IMG/VR virus record: IMGVR_UViG_3300042197_002234
Location: 64,001 to 128,000 of that record
DNA: 64,000 bases
Direction: 5' to 3' (one strand)
Source of the DNA: a virus
Part shown: in pieces, positions 10,027 to 19,540 of the stretch
Layout: the number at the start of each line of letters is the position of its first letter
How positions within the stretch are numbered: the first letter of the stretch is position 1
Translations under genes and position numbers: made by a program
Notes under the pieces: model-generated
Seen by the model: only the letters and a program-made list of their open reading frames with translations
Database searches by the model: none
What the model was told of the DNA's origin: nothing

Positions 10027-11645
10027 AAATAGATAATCAAAACAAACATCAAATTTTATTTCCAGGTATTGTAGTCGATGTTAAAGACCCTGCAATGCTA
10101 GGTAGAGTTAGAGCAAGACCTGTAACCAAGGACATTGAATCTATGATTTCAGGTATTGATACGACTAAAATAGAAAATGGTGATTTAAAAGAACAATACA
10201 AATGGACATCTATTGACCCATTAGTATTTATGCCTTTGTTACCGTTTTTTGTTAGCCAAGTTCCAAGAGAAACTGAATATATTCATATTATATACATGAA
10301 TAAACAGTTTCAAAACAAAAATCAGTTTTACATTCAAGGACCTTTTTCATCCCCAATGTTAAGCCCTAATGAGGTCTTTAATTCTGCTGAAAAATATTTA
10401 GCCGCGGGTGATTTAATTAAAGAAATACCTGGTGTTAGAAATCCTGATGGTTCATTTAAAGTTGATTGGAGTGAGGGGGTGTTCCCAATGCCAGGAGATA
10501 ATGCAATTTTAGGTAGAAGATTTTCCGACATTATATTTAAATCAAGACAGGGTGAAACTGGTCTTGAAGATTCTGTTTTAATTAGAGCGGGAAAAACAAA
10601 ATCTTTAGTACCTGGCGAATTACCAAGAGCCAATAATGACAGGTCTTTTTTACAATTAAGTTATTTTGGTCGAGAAAAAATAACAGGTGAAACAAAAAAA
10701 CAAAGTAGGTTTGTTGAGAATGTTAAAGTGGTAAAAAAGATGATAATTTGGGATATTCAAAATTTAGAAAACGGTCAAAATTCATTTAATGGGAGCGTTG
10801 GTTTATATAATGTAATACCATCAGGAAAAGTTAATACTAAAAATTTTCAAGCGGATACTATACTAAATTTATCGATAGGTACTGATTTTTCGGGTCCTTT
10901 GGAGGAAATTAAATTTAATGCGAAGACTTTTGAGGAATCGTCTAATTTAATTAATAAATTTATTGAGGGCGTTTTTAAGGGTAATCTAACTAATATACCA
11001 GATTATCCCGTTAAATCAGCATCAAATTTATCACCAGAACAAACGTTTCCCTTTGTTGTTACACCATCAAAAAAAAGTTATGAAACTGGTATTAAATTTG
11101 CACCTTCACAAGTTATAAATGACGTAAAAGAATTGGTTAATTATACTAAATTTTATGGTAAAATAAAATTAAATACGGGACTAGTTAATAGCGGATGGTT
11201 TTTAGTTTCGGAGAACAAAAATGGTGTGGCAGCTATTGGTCCACAAGTTGATACAAAGATAGATGAATTTACTGAAACAAGTTTTGTGGATAGCGATGTA
11301 AGTTATGCCGTGCTAGGTGGTCAAAATGTTTATTTGTTATCTCAAATGTCCGAAGGTCCAAAAGGTAAAGTAGATTTATATAACACAATTTACGGAATTA
11401 GTCAAGATAAATTTATTGGTGATAATAGCTCGATTCAAAATAGAACATACGCAATGGTTAGGGGTGACGAACTTATGATTTTATTAAGAAAAATATTCTC
11501 ATACGTTACAGGTCACGTTCACGCCATAGCTACAGTACCACCAATTCCTGTGGCTGCTGGTAACGGTCAAACAAGTGCAGAAATTGACGCGATATTAGCA
11601 AACTCAGAAAATACGGTATTAAATCAACAAATAAGGATTAATTGA
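10023..11645 (+). CDS. gp5/VgrG-like baseplate hub/spike protein
   Basis: N-terminal OB motif 'GIVVDVKDPAMLGRVRAR', F..P...E.V, and C-terminal HxH (GHVH) metal-tip motif. Confidence 0.6.
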   Translation: MKIDNQNKHQILFPGIVVDVKDPAMLGRVRARPVTKDIESMISGIDTTKIENGDLKEQYKWTSIDPLVFMPLLPFFVSQVPRETEYIHIIYMNKQFQNKNQFYIQGPFSSPMLSPNEVFNSAEKYLAAGDLIKEIPGVRNPDGSFKVDWSEGVFPMPGDNAILGRRFSDIIFKSRQGETGLEDSVLIRAGKTKSLVPGELPRANNDRSFLQLSYFGREKITGETKKQSRFVENVKVVKKMIIWDIQNLENGQNSFNGSVGLYNVIPSGKVNTKNFQADTILNLSIGTDFSGPLEEIKFNAKTFEESSNLINKFIEGVFKGNLTNIPDYPVKSASNLSPEQTFPFVVTPSKKSYETGIKFAPSQVINDVKELVNYTKFYGKIKLNTGLVNSGWFLVSENKNGVAAIGPQVDTKIDEFTETSFVDSDVSYAVLGGQNVYLLSQMSEGPKGKVDLYNTIYGISQDKFIGDNSSIQNRTYAMVRGDELMILLRKIFSYVTGHVHAIATVPPIPVAAGNGQTSAEIDAILANSENTVLNQQIRIN

Positions 11646-11667
11646 TATTTATAAGTAAAACACTTAA

Positions 11668-13146
11668 ATGTCAATTAATAATTCGTATTTTAGTAAAAAC
11701 AATACTTTAATATCTAATAGTTTTACAAATACAGGTAGAAACCCTGTAACTGAACTGTTTTTTGGTACAACAGCAGTATCTCAATACCCTAATGGTTTTA
11801 GTAGATTTATTTTTAACTTAGACTTATCTCTTCTTTTACAAAAAATTTCGGACGGTACAATAACTACAGGTTGTACTAATAATATGACACATACTTTGAG
11901 AATGGTTAATACTTCAACATTTGATTTAGAACTATTAAATACATCAACATCTCAAGGTAGAATAAGAGCGACATCATTTGATTTAATTCTTTTTAGAATT
12001 CCATATATCAATGATGACCAAAACACCCCTCAAATTTGGGACGAGGGTGTTGGATATGATTTTGCGGATTTAATTTACGAATACAGTAATTTTGATAAGA
12101 ATTTTTCTGATAGACCATCAAATTGGTATCAAACAACAACGATAGGTGTTTGGACTGAAGATGGAATTTACAGTAATGACAATACGGGTAATGTTAATTA
12201 TTCAGGTTTAACTATTGTAGATACGCAACATTTTGAATTTGGTAATGAGAATATTTCGTTTGATATGACAAATGAAATAAACTTAATTATTAATGGTAGT
12301 TTAATAAATGTTGCAGGATGGGGCATTGCGTTTAAGCCTCAAGTAGAAAGTTTAACAGGTCTAACTAATACATATGAGGTACAATTTTTTACTAGACATA
12401 CTCAAACTTTTTACGAACCATTTTTAGAAACGAATTATAATGATTTAATTGATGATGATAGAAATTTATTTTCATTAGGTAAATCAAATAAATTGTATTT
12501 GTATCTCTATGATAGTGGTAACCCAATTAATTTAGATAACAATCCTTTGGTTGACATTTTAGACCTATCTGGTGACCCAATACCAGGTTTAACAGGTTTG
12601 ACAACATGTAGAAGAACAAAAGGGGTTTATGAAGTCGTTATACCTCCGTTAGTAGGATATAAAACACCATGTGTGTTCACTGATAAATGGTACAATCTTA
12701 ATTTAAACGGGTTTCCATTACCAATTCAATATAATGAATTTACTGTACAACCACTTAAAAACTCAATTCAAATTGGTACAAATTCTGCCGACCCAAAATT
12801 ATATGGGTTTGATTTTTACGGTATCAAACAAGATGAAAAAATATTAAATTCTGATATTAGAAAAGTTGGGGTTATCATCAAACAAGCTTACACAACTGAA
12901 AAATTATTACAAAATGTTGATGCGTCTTACAGAGTGTATGTTAGAGAAGGTCAAACAGAAGTTGAAGTTCAAGGTTGGACAAAAATTAACAGGACTCCAA
13001 ACGAATATTATTTCATATTTGACACACGAGATAAAATACCTAATGAATATTATATTGATATTCAGGTTGTGAGTAGTGGAGAAGTTAACACTTACAAAAA
13101 ACAAATAAAATTTCAAATAGTTAATATGAAATATTTGGAACAATAA
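11668..13146 (+). CDS. Putative virion structural (baseplate/tail) protein
   Basis: Beta-rich N/T/S-rich protein; ATATTTATA at 11645-11653. Confidence 0.5.
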   Translation: MSINNSYFSKNNTLISNSFTNTGRNPVTELFFGTTAVSQYPNGFSRFIFNLDLSLLLQKISDGTITTGCTNNMTHTLRMVNTSTFDLELLNTSTSQGRIRATSFDLILFRIPYINDDQNTPQIWDEGVGYDFADLIYEYSNFDKNFSDRPSNWYQTTTIGVWTEDGIYSNDNTGNVNYSGLTIVDTQHFEFGNENISFDMTNEINLIINGSLINVAGWGIAFKPQVESLTGLTNTYEVQFFTRHTQTFYEPFLETNYNDLIDDDRNLFSLGKSNKLYLYLYDSGNPINLDNNPLVDILDLSGDPIPGLTGLTTCRRTKGVYEVVIPPLVGYKTPCVFTDKWYNLNLNGFPLPIQYNEFTVQPLKNSIQIGTNSADPKLYGFDFYGIKQDEKILNSDIRKVGVIIKQAYTTEKLLQNVDASYRVYVREGQTEVEVQGWTKINRTPNEYYFIFDTRDKIPNEYYIDIQVVSSGEVNTYKKQIKFQIVNMKYLEQ

Positions 13147-13169
13147 AAGATATTTATAAATAAAAAAAA

Positions 13170-13532
13170 ATGGCAAATAGAATAATTACAGCAACCACCT
13201 GTGTTGAGGGTGTATCAACCGAATATATTATTAATGATTCAGGTATTGATTTTTCAAAAATATATCAATTAAATAATGGATTATGTGCATCAATCGCTTC
13301 AGGGGAAACAACAAACAATTTCCCTAATATGTCATTCCCTTATGGACCATTTAACGATTGTGACGATTGTTATGAACCATTAAGTGCTAATACCGAATCA
13401 TTGGTTTGTGTTGAGTGTTCAGGTTCAACCTTTACAGTTACACCTCCCCACCCTGTTTACACAAACGGTCAATTTAAAGATATTGTCCAACTAAACGCTA
13501 TCGTTATTGGTGGTAACGGATTAAACGCTTAA
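13170..13532 (+). CDS. Hypothetical Cys-containing protein
   Basis: CxxC motifs; late motif at 13150-13158. Confidence 0.55.
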   Translation: MANRIITATTCVEGVSTEYIINDSGIDFSKIYQLNNGLCASIASGETTNNFPNMSFPYGPFNDCDDCYEPLSANTESLVCVECSGSTFTVTPPHPVYTNGQFKDIVQLNAIVIGGNGLNA

Positions 13533-13551
13533 AATATGAAAAAAAACAATT

Positions 13552-13887
13552 ATGAAAAAAATAATTAGACTAACTGAATCAGAATTAACAAAATTAATTG
13601 AGAATAGTATTAAAAGTATTAGAGAAGAAGATGAAGAATTAGGGGTTAGAGATATGGGATTCAAGGTTGAGCCCAATATTAGAATGACTCCAAGAGAGAA
13701 AGAAGTTGAAAGTTTGTTTGGTAAATACGAAGAACAAATTCCAAATGACGTTCTCAGATATCTAAGAAAAAACCCACAATTACTTATGAATCGTTTGGTC
13801 GATATTTACGGTGAAAAGTTTTTAGACTTTGCAGAAAAAGCGTACATAAATCAAATGAAAAAAAATTTAAAAAATGACAACTATTAA
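13552..13887 (+). CDS. Putative head-packaged protein
   Basis: N-terminus MKKIIRLTESELTKLI..IREE. Confidence 0.5.
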   Translation: MKKIIRLTESELTKLIENSIKSIREEDEELGVRDMGFKVEPNIRMTPREKEVESLFGKYEEQIPNDVLRYLRKNPQLLMNRLVDIYGEKFLDFAEKAYINQMKKNLKNDNY

Positions 13888-14695
13888 ATTAACCGAAAAA
13901 GATTTAAACAGAATTATTAAAAGGGTGATTGTGGAGACATCGCCTGAAGGAATATCTCTAACTTATGATGATGTTGTTAAAGCGTGTCTTGGGTATTTAA
14001 TTGAATGGAGTAAGGGTATGAGACCATTTAAGGACAATCAAGGGTTCACAGGTACGGTAGTAAAAAATGACGAAATGGTTAGTGAACTTAAAAAATATTT
14101 AATATCTCTTCGTGATAAAAAAGAAAAAAGACCTTTAAGTAAGGAGTCTAAGGTGTTATTAAGGACAATTATAAAAATGTTAAAAAAGGTTCAAGATAAA
14201 CAAAGATATATTACATTGGGTTCCACTTACAATGAATCAGTTTTGTCAAAAAATATGGGAAAAATGTTATCAGAACAAAAAACCCAACGATATATGTTCT
14301 TTTCAAATTTAGAACAAATGAGAAGACAGTGTGATTTATTACTTGATTTAGACCATAGTGAAATTGAATCTATTTTAAGTGATGGTCATGATTGGGCTCA
14401 AGACCATATTGCCGAAGCTAAAAATAATATGGACCAAGTATTTGACTTCTTGATGAATGAAACCAAACGATATCACAAAATGGGGGATGAAGTTATGGTT
14501 CCTTCAAACACAGATGTTATGGAAGAAGGTCGTAAAAAGACTGGTACTAAATTATGCGCTCGTGGTAAAGCCGCTGCTAAGGCGAGGTACGACGTATTTC
14601 CAAGTGCATATAGTAATGGGCATGGAGTACAGGTTTGTAAAGGAAAGATAAAAGGTCTTGATGGTAAAAAAAGATGTTCACCACCTTATTGTTAA
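13874..14695 (+). CDS. Multi-module putative head-packaged protein
   Basis: N-terminal IKLTEKDL, internal LSE and MEE motifs, C-terminal basic Cys module (LCARGKAAAKARYDVFPSAY). Confidence 0.5.
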   Translation: MTTIKLTEKDLNRIIKRVIVETSPEGISLTYDDVVKACLGYLIEWSKGMRPFKDNQGFTGTVVKNDEMVSELKKYLISLRDKKEKRPLSKESKVLLRTIIKMLKKVQDKQRYITLGSTYNESVLSKNMGKMLSEQKTQRYMFFSNLEQMRRQCDLLLDLDHSEIESILSDGHDWAQDHIAEAKNNMDQVFDFLMNETKRYHKMGDEVMVPSNTDVMEEGRKKTGTKLCARGKAAAKARYDVFPSAYSNGHGVQVCKGKIKGLDGKKRCSPPYC

Positions 14696-14700
14696 AAAAT

Positions 14701-14730
14701 AAAAGAGACATTTAGTCTCTTTTTTTTTTG
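14701..14730 (+). terminator. Intrinsic terminator
   Basis: aaaagagac-attta-gtctctttt followed by a T-tract. Confidence 0.85.
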
Positions 14731-14761
14731 TGTTTTAATGTCTATCCATATATTTATTAGT

Positions 14762-15247
14762 ATGGGTAGACAATGTAGTAAATGTGGCGATGTTAAATCA
14801 GATAATGATTTTTACCAAACACAAAGAGGTAATAGATGTAAGGAGTGTATTTTAATTGAAACTAGAGAATATAAGAGAAAAAAAAGGTTAGACCCCGAAC
14901 ATAGAAAAATGGAAGGTATTAAGCAAAAAGAAAGAAGGGTTAGTCTTTGGCAAAACACTTTAATACACGATTCAAAACACCGTAAAATTGAGAATACCTT
15001 AACCGTTGATGATGTGAATGAAATGTTTAATAAACAAAACGGTTTATGTTATTGGTTCAAAATCCCTTTAATACCTTCAAATCATAAAAAACACCCACAA
15101 CAACCTTCTTTGGACAGACTTGACAGAAATAAAGGGTATACAAAAGAAAATGTGGTATTATGTTGTTATTCTGCAAACATAGGTCGTAATGAAAATAATT
15201 TAGAAACTTGGTCTGATTTTTTAAAATTACTTTTGATTAATAAATAA
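14762..15247 (+). CDS. HNH-like free-standing (homing) endonuclease
   Basis: CxxC..CxxC zinc finger, C..F..P, 'SLDRLD..KGY.KENVVLCC..AN'; late motif 14750-14758 favours the ATG at 14762. Confidence 0.7.
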   Translation: MGRQCSKCGDVKSDNDFYQTQRGNRCKECILIETREYKRKKRLDPEHRKMEGIKQKERRVSLWQNTLIHDSKHRKIENTLTVDDVNEMFNKQNGLCYWFKIPLIPSNHKKHPQQPSLDRLDRNKGYTKENVVLCCYSANIGRNENNLETWSDFLKLLLINK

Positions 15248-15279
15248 ACTTTACTATATTTGTGTAAATGAAATTTTGA

Positions 15280-15699
15280 ATGATGAATCGGTCCTTAAAA
15301 AGAATATTAAAACGAATGTACGTTAAGTTCGTTCTGTGGCACAAATATAGAGTATTAACGCCTGATATTCATAGAAATTCAAACGAAATGATATGTGTTT
15401 CCATATGTAGAAAACTGGTCTCCCATCATGACTCAGAATTTGCCATAGCACCAATCTCCTACAAAAAATACATAAAAAATAAAACACTAGGTTTGTTTGT
15501 TGTTTTATACGAAAGACAGATTAGTATTACAAACCACGTTTATCATTATGATGTAGTAGTTTCACAAAGAGAGTGGGACAAAATAATGTCCATATACGAC
15601 CAAAAAACTGAAAAGATTAGACAAGAGTATGAGTCTGAAATTCACTCACAAATAAAACACTCTTTACACACAATTTTAGAAAAAGTTAGTAATCCCTAA
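15280..15699 (+). CDS. Hypothetical protein
   Basis: TATATTTG (-7-like) at 15255-15262. Confidence 0.55.
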   Translation: MMNRSLKRILKRMYVKFVLWHKYRVLTPDIHRNSNEMICVSICRKLVSHHDSEFAIAPISYKKYIKNKTLGLFVVLYERQISITNHVYHYDVVVSQREWDKIMSIYDQKTEKIRQEYESEIHSQIKHSLHTILEKVSNP

Positions 15700-15700
15700 C

Positions 15701-16849
15701 TTATTTACTACTTAAAACTTTTTTTACAATTCTAACTAAATCAGATTCGGTTAATTTAATAGTTTTTGAATTACCCATCTGTTCGAATTTATTATTACTG
15801 TAATTAGTAAACTCATGGATTATATTCATAAGTTTACCATATAAATTATACCTGTCAAATAAATTCATAATTTTGTCATAATTTACCACATTATTTTTTT
15901 CGTCATAAATTATTATACCATCAGGGCTTGGGTATCTTCCACCTAAATAAGTTTCATTTGGTTTATTAATATAAAAACCAAATTTAGATGATTCTAATTT
16001 TTTTTGTAATTCTATATCCTTAATGATTAAATACCCCAATGAACCCATTTTATTATGTTTATTAAACATAGTTTCGTCAGATGATGATGTACACCATTTA
16101 GTATTTGCACCGTATTTACATGACGCGGCATGGGTTAATGGTATTACAAATAAGAAATTATCATCTTCATATATTTTTTCTTTTTCATTAGGTTCTATTT
16201 TAAATTTTTCAACAATAGTCTTTTTACTTAAAACATTTTCTTTCTTTGGTTTGTATGAAGTCATTACAGGTTTTTGTCCTTTACCTGTTTGTGTATCTTG
16301 TTTTTCTGCTTTACGTTTTTGTTGACACGCCGCTCTTTTTTGTGAATCACTCATTTTACCAGCAACACCCGCAGCTCTACATTTTGGATAAGCACCTTTT
16401 GATGTATCAGGTCTACCACATGGGGGATGTTTACCATTAACCTTTCTACATATATTAACCCAAGGCCCTTTTGGTTGTTTAGAACCCTTAGGTTTTTTCT
16501 TTGTACCAAACCAAACTGCCAAATCTTCATTCAAAGGTATTTTATCAACATCAATCCATTCACTTTCACCGATAGTTATAAAATCATAATTATTTTCTGC
16601 GTGCTTGGTACCAACTTCGGCTCTTTTTTCAATCTTTTTACGTTTGTGTTTTGGGGTACTCATTTTACCATCCATAGCATCATGTTCTAATTCAGGACTG
16701 TCAAAAGGTGTTACACTAATACTGAAAGGTGCTAATTGTGACTTTTCAAATTCATGATAACCAGGCACTATTGGTGGAACATATCCATCAACACCGTTTG
16801 TTGATGTCATTTCTTTTAAAACCTTTTTTATTATACTTTCTTTTAACAT
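15701..16849 (-). CDS. Multi-module putative head-packaged protein
   Basis: LKE N-terminus, basic Cys module (WF..KGPWVNIC..HPPCGR..YPKC), 'ASCKYGANTKWCT' module, C-terminal IKLTESDL. Confidence 0.5.
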   Translation of the reverse strand: MLKESIIKKVLKEMTSTNGVDGYVPPIVPGYHEFEKSQLAPFSISVTPFDSPELEHDAMDGKMSTPKHKRKKIEKRAEVGTKHAENNYDFITIGESEWIDVDKIPLNEDLAVWFGTKKKPKGSKQPKGPWVNICRKVNGKHPPCGRPDTSKGAYPKCRAAGVAGKMSDSQKRAACQQKRKAEKQDTQTGKGQKPVMTSYKPKKENVLSKKTIVEKFKIEPNEKEKIYEDDNFLFVIPLTHAASCKYGANTKWCTSSSDETMFNKHNKMGSLGYLIIKDIELQKKLESSKFGFYINKPNETYLGGRYPSPDGIIIYDEKNNVVNYDKIMNLFDRYNLYGKLMNIIHEFTNYSNNKFEQMGNSKTIKLTESDLVRIVKKVLSSK

Positions 16850-16893
16850 AATAAATAACTATACTTATAAATATCACAAATTTATAATTAAGG

Positions 16894-17139
16894 ATGCAAG
16901 AGGAAGAATTATTCGGAAAGTTGTTTAAAACAATACCATTGTATAACGAAGGTCATTTAGAGATAATATTACAAACAATGGATAATGAGTCGGCAACATT
17001 TATGTTAATACAAGCGGTTAGACATGCCTTTGATAAAGGTGTTTACTCTATAGGTGAAACCGAGGTTATTTCAAAATCAATCAGAGTGTTATCCAAAAAA
17101 GAAGAAACTCAAGAAATTGAAAAAGAAACCGAAAATTAA
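16894..17139 (+). CDS. Hypothetical protein
   Basis: Clean ORF divergent from 16849. Confidence 0.55.
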   Translation: MQEEELFGKLFKTIPLYNEGHLEIILQTMDNESATFMLIQAVRHAFDKGVYSIGETEVISKSIRVLSKKEETQEIEKETEN

Positions 17140-17175
17140 TTTTGGTGTTTATTTTTTTTTAGTTATCTTTGAAGT

Positions 17176-17757
17176 ATGAAAAACATCCTAACAATATTGT
17201 CAATCTTTTTGTTCAGTGTTCTTAACGCTCAAACAAGAAAAGACACTATTGGTAACAATCTTAATATTAAGTATCTTAATTCTTTATTGTTAGAGGTTAG
17301 TAATGAAATTACCAAAGACAGTGGTGTTACATACGTATATAATGACGTTGCTTTCAAATGTGCGGAATATCAATCTTCTTACTTGTCAGTAAACGCTAAA
17401 ATTCACAATCAAAATAAAAATTGGCATCGCAATTACAAAGAACATAGAGGAGTATTACTTAACAGTTTGTCAGATAGACAAAAATATTTTGACAAAAAAC
17501 AAACTTTAGGTTGTGCTGCGGAAAATTGTACTCTTAAATACTTAGACCCATCTATGACCTACGAAACTTTAGCGAAATCAACAATTCAAAACTTTCTTGA
17601 TTCTGAACCACACAAAAATGTTTTATTAGGTAAAATTATTAAACTAAAATTTTTAAGTTATTCTGCGACAGAAGGAACTTACACTTTTCATGATGGTGTT
17701 AGTGTTGTCACAAAAAAAGTTATTTTTGTTGTTGGTTATTTCAGTGAACCAAAATAA
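17176..17757 (+). CDS. Secreted CAP/SCP-domain-like protein
   Basis: Sec signal peptide (MKNILTILSIFLFSVLNAQ), AAEN and 'FLDSEPHKNVLL' resembling CAP 'W..S.GH..NIL'; TATCTTTG at 17164-17171. Confidence 0.55.
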   Translation: MKNILTILSIFLFSVLNAQTRKDTIGNNLNIKYLNSLLLEVSNEITKDSGVTYVYNDVAFKCAEYQSSYLSVNAKIHNQNKNWHRNYKEHRGVLLNSLSDRQKYFDKKQTLGCAAENCTLKYLDPSMTYETLAKSTIQNFLDSEPHKNVLLGKIIKLKFLSYSATEGTYTFHDGVSVVTKKVIFVVGYFSEPK

Positions 17758-17783
17758 AAAAGGTGGTTAATACCACCTTTTTT
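17756..17783. terminator. Bidirectional terminator
   Basis: aaaaaaggtgg-ttaata-ccacctttttt between convergent genes. Confidence 0.85.
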
Positions 17784-17787
17784 ATTA

Positions 17788-18996
17788 TTATCTTAAATTA
17801 ATTGTTGTTAGTGTAAATTGTAAAACTCTAATATAATAATATTCATCTCTGGCAGCTACTAATACTGGTCTACCTTCAGTAACATATTTTGTACTTGATT
17901 CGGCTCTTGTGTCATAAACACCTTGTTTTTCTCTTGGATTTTGAAATTTACCGAAAGACAACCCCCCAATAAATAATTCGTCACCGCTTATATAAGCTTC
18001 AGGTGTTGTGTTTCCGTTTAATCCTGTACTGTAATCAAAAGTTGGTAATACATCATCACCTAAATCCTTAACATCTGTTTTTAATATACCTGTATTAGTA
18101 TTTGATAATCTTTTAGCGGGAACTACTCCACCGCCAAACTTTGTTAAATCAACAAAAGTTTCAATTTCAGGTATTGCTTCAGCGGGGATTTGGGTTCCTG
18201 AGGTGCCTTGTGTTTTTGTTGTTTTACTACCTAAATCCACACTAACTTCAGTACTTGATGGTTTTACTGTTACCATTCTAAATTCAGAACCCCTTTTATC
18301 TTGTTGGCCATAATAGTTTATACCTGTTTCATATTTAATTTTATTTGTAATATCTTGACCTGTTTTATCTAAAACGTCTTGTATAATTATTTTACCCAAC
18401 TCTTCACCTCTATTATCAGCTAAGTACTGATTCATTTTGCTTGGGTCAGTTTCACCAGCGTACGGTGGAGTGTCTGAATGGTCTAAAGAAGAATACCCTG
18501 AAGGAACATCCAATGTTGGTCTTGCGGAGTCGGCAGTTCCTTGAATTGTGAAAGTAGGTAATTTAGATGTATTAGCAACACTTAAAAAATCAACAATCTT
18601 TTTAATAAATTCGTCGTAAGCTGATTTAGCATCAGGATATCTATCAAATTTTGGTTTAACCATATTATCAGGATATGGAAACAAAGAATCTTTTAATTCT
18701 AATTCGGTAAAAATAGGTTCAGGGGTTTTTCCTGGTGGTGTATCAGGTGTGCTTTCACCTTTAGTACCTAATCTGATTCCACTAGTCATTAAGGTCATGT
18801 TGTATTCACCACCTTCGTATTCCACATTAGTTGCAACAACTCCTGAAGGGTTATTTAATTCAACATTACCTTTGGTTCCTCCTTTCCAATTAAAAGATAC
18901 TTTTTTTGATTTTTGTTCACTGACAACAACACCTCTTTGATAACCAAAAAGGTATTTCATGTTATATAATTCTTCAGTTAGTAATTTTTTTTCCAT
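17788..18996 (-). CDS. Putative head-packaged protein with OmpA-C-like domain
   Basis: 'FTIQGTADS...NQYLADNRGEEL...FRMVTV' matches the OmpA-like pattern I.G.AD..N..L...R...R.V. Confidence 0.5.
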   Translation of the reverse strand: MEKKLLTEELYNMKYLFGYQRGVVVSEQKSKKVSFNWKGGTKGNVELNNPSGVVATNVEYEGGEYNMTLMTSGIRLGTKGESTPDTPPGKTPEPIFTELELKDSLFPYPDNMVKPKFDRYPDAKSAYDEFIKKIVDFLSVANTSKLPTFTIQGTADSARPTLDVPSGYSSLDHSDTPPYAGETDPSKMNQYLADNRGEELGKIIIQDVLDKTGQDITNKIKYETGINYYGQQDKRGSEFRMVTVKPSSTEVSVDLGSKTTKTQGTSGTQIPAEAIPEIETFVDLTKFGGGVVPAKRLSNTNTGILKTDVKDLGDDVLPTFDYSTGLNGNTTPEAYISGDELFIGGLSFGKFQNPREKQGVYDTRAESSTKYVTEGRPVLVAARDEYYYIRVLQFTLTTINLR

Positions 18997-19008
18997 TTAT
19001 ATTATTTT

Positions 19009-19536
19009 TTAAACTTCATCAGATTTAAAAGATACTGCTGAACCTTGTTGTGTTCCACCTTGTTGTGTTCCATCTTGTTGTGTTCCACCTTGTTGTGTTC
19101 CACCTTGTTGTGTTCCACCTTGTTGTGTTCCATCTTGTGGTGTTCCTGTTGTCGGTGCTGATTGAGCTCCTGAAATAACACCACCACAAGCGGTAAACGC
19201 TGTAGTAGTTTTTGGACCCCAAATACCATCCTCAACTAATTTTGTTGGTAACTTATCAGTTGGGCATTTATCATTAATTTTTATCTGTACTTGTAAAACT
19301 TTATCTTTACACGCAGGTTTTTTATTTGCACCTAAACCAGCACAAGTTGCGGTTTTCCATCTTTCTGATGTTGTTCCACCTTGTGGTGTTTGTTGTGCTA
19401 CTGGTTGTTGTGCAGCTGGTTGTTGTGCAGCTGGTTGTTGTGCATCTTGTTGTTCTGATAATCTATTTTTAGCGGTAACGTGTAAATTTAAAATACGTTC
19501 TTTTTCAGATTCTGTTAAAATTATTCTTTTTTTCAT
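19009..19536 (-). CDS. Q/G/T-rich protein with PG-binding-like motif
   Basis: 'LVEDGIWGPKTTTA' resembles PG_binding_1 'DG.fG..T..A'; N-terminus ILTESEKERILNLH. Confidence 0.5.
   Translation of the reverse strand: MKKRIILTESEKERILNLHVTAKNRLSEQQDAQQPAAQQPAAQQPVAQQTPQGGTTSERWKTATCAGLGANKKPACKDKVLQVQIKINDKCPTDKLPTKLVEDGIWGPKTTTAFTACGGVISGAQSAPTTGTPQDGTQQGGTQQGGTQQGGTQQDGTQQGGTQQGSAVSFKSDEV
19043..19147 (-). repeat. 15-bp coding tandem repeat (GGTQQ) x7
   Basis: ccttgttgtgttcca units, 6 near-perfect and 1 degenerate. Confidence 0.9.
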
Positions 19537-19540
19537 TTTA

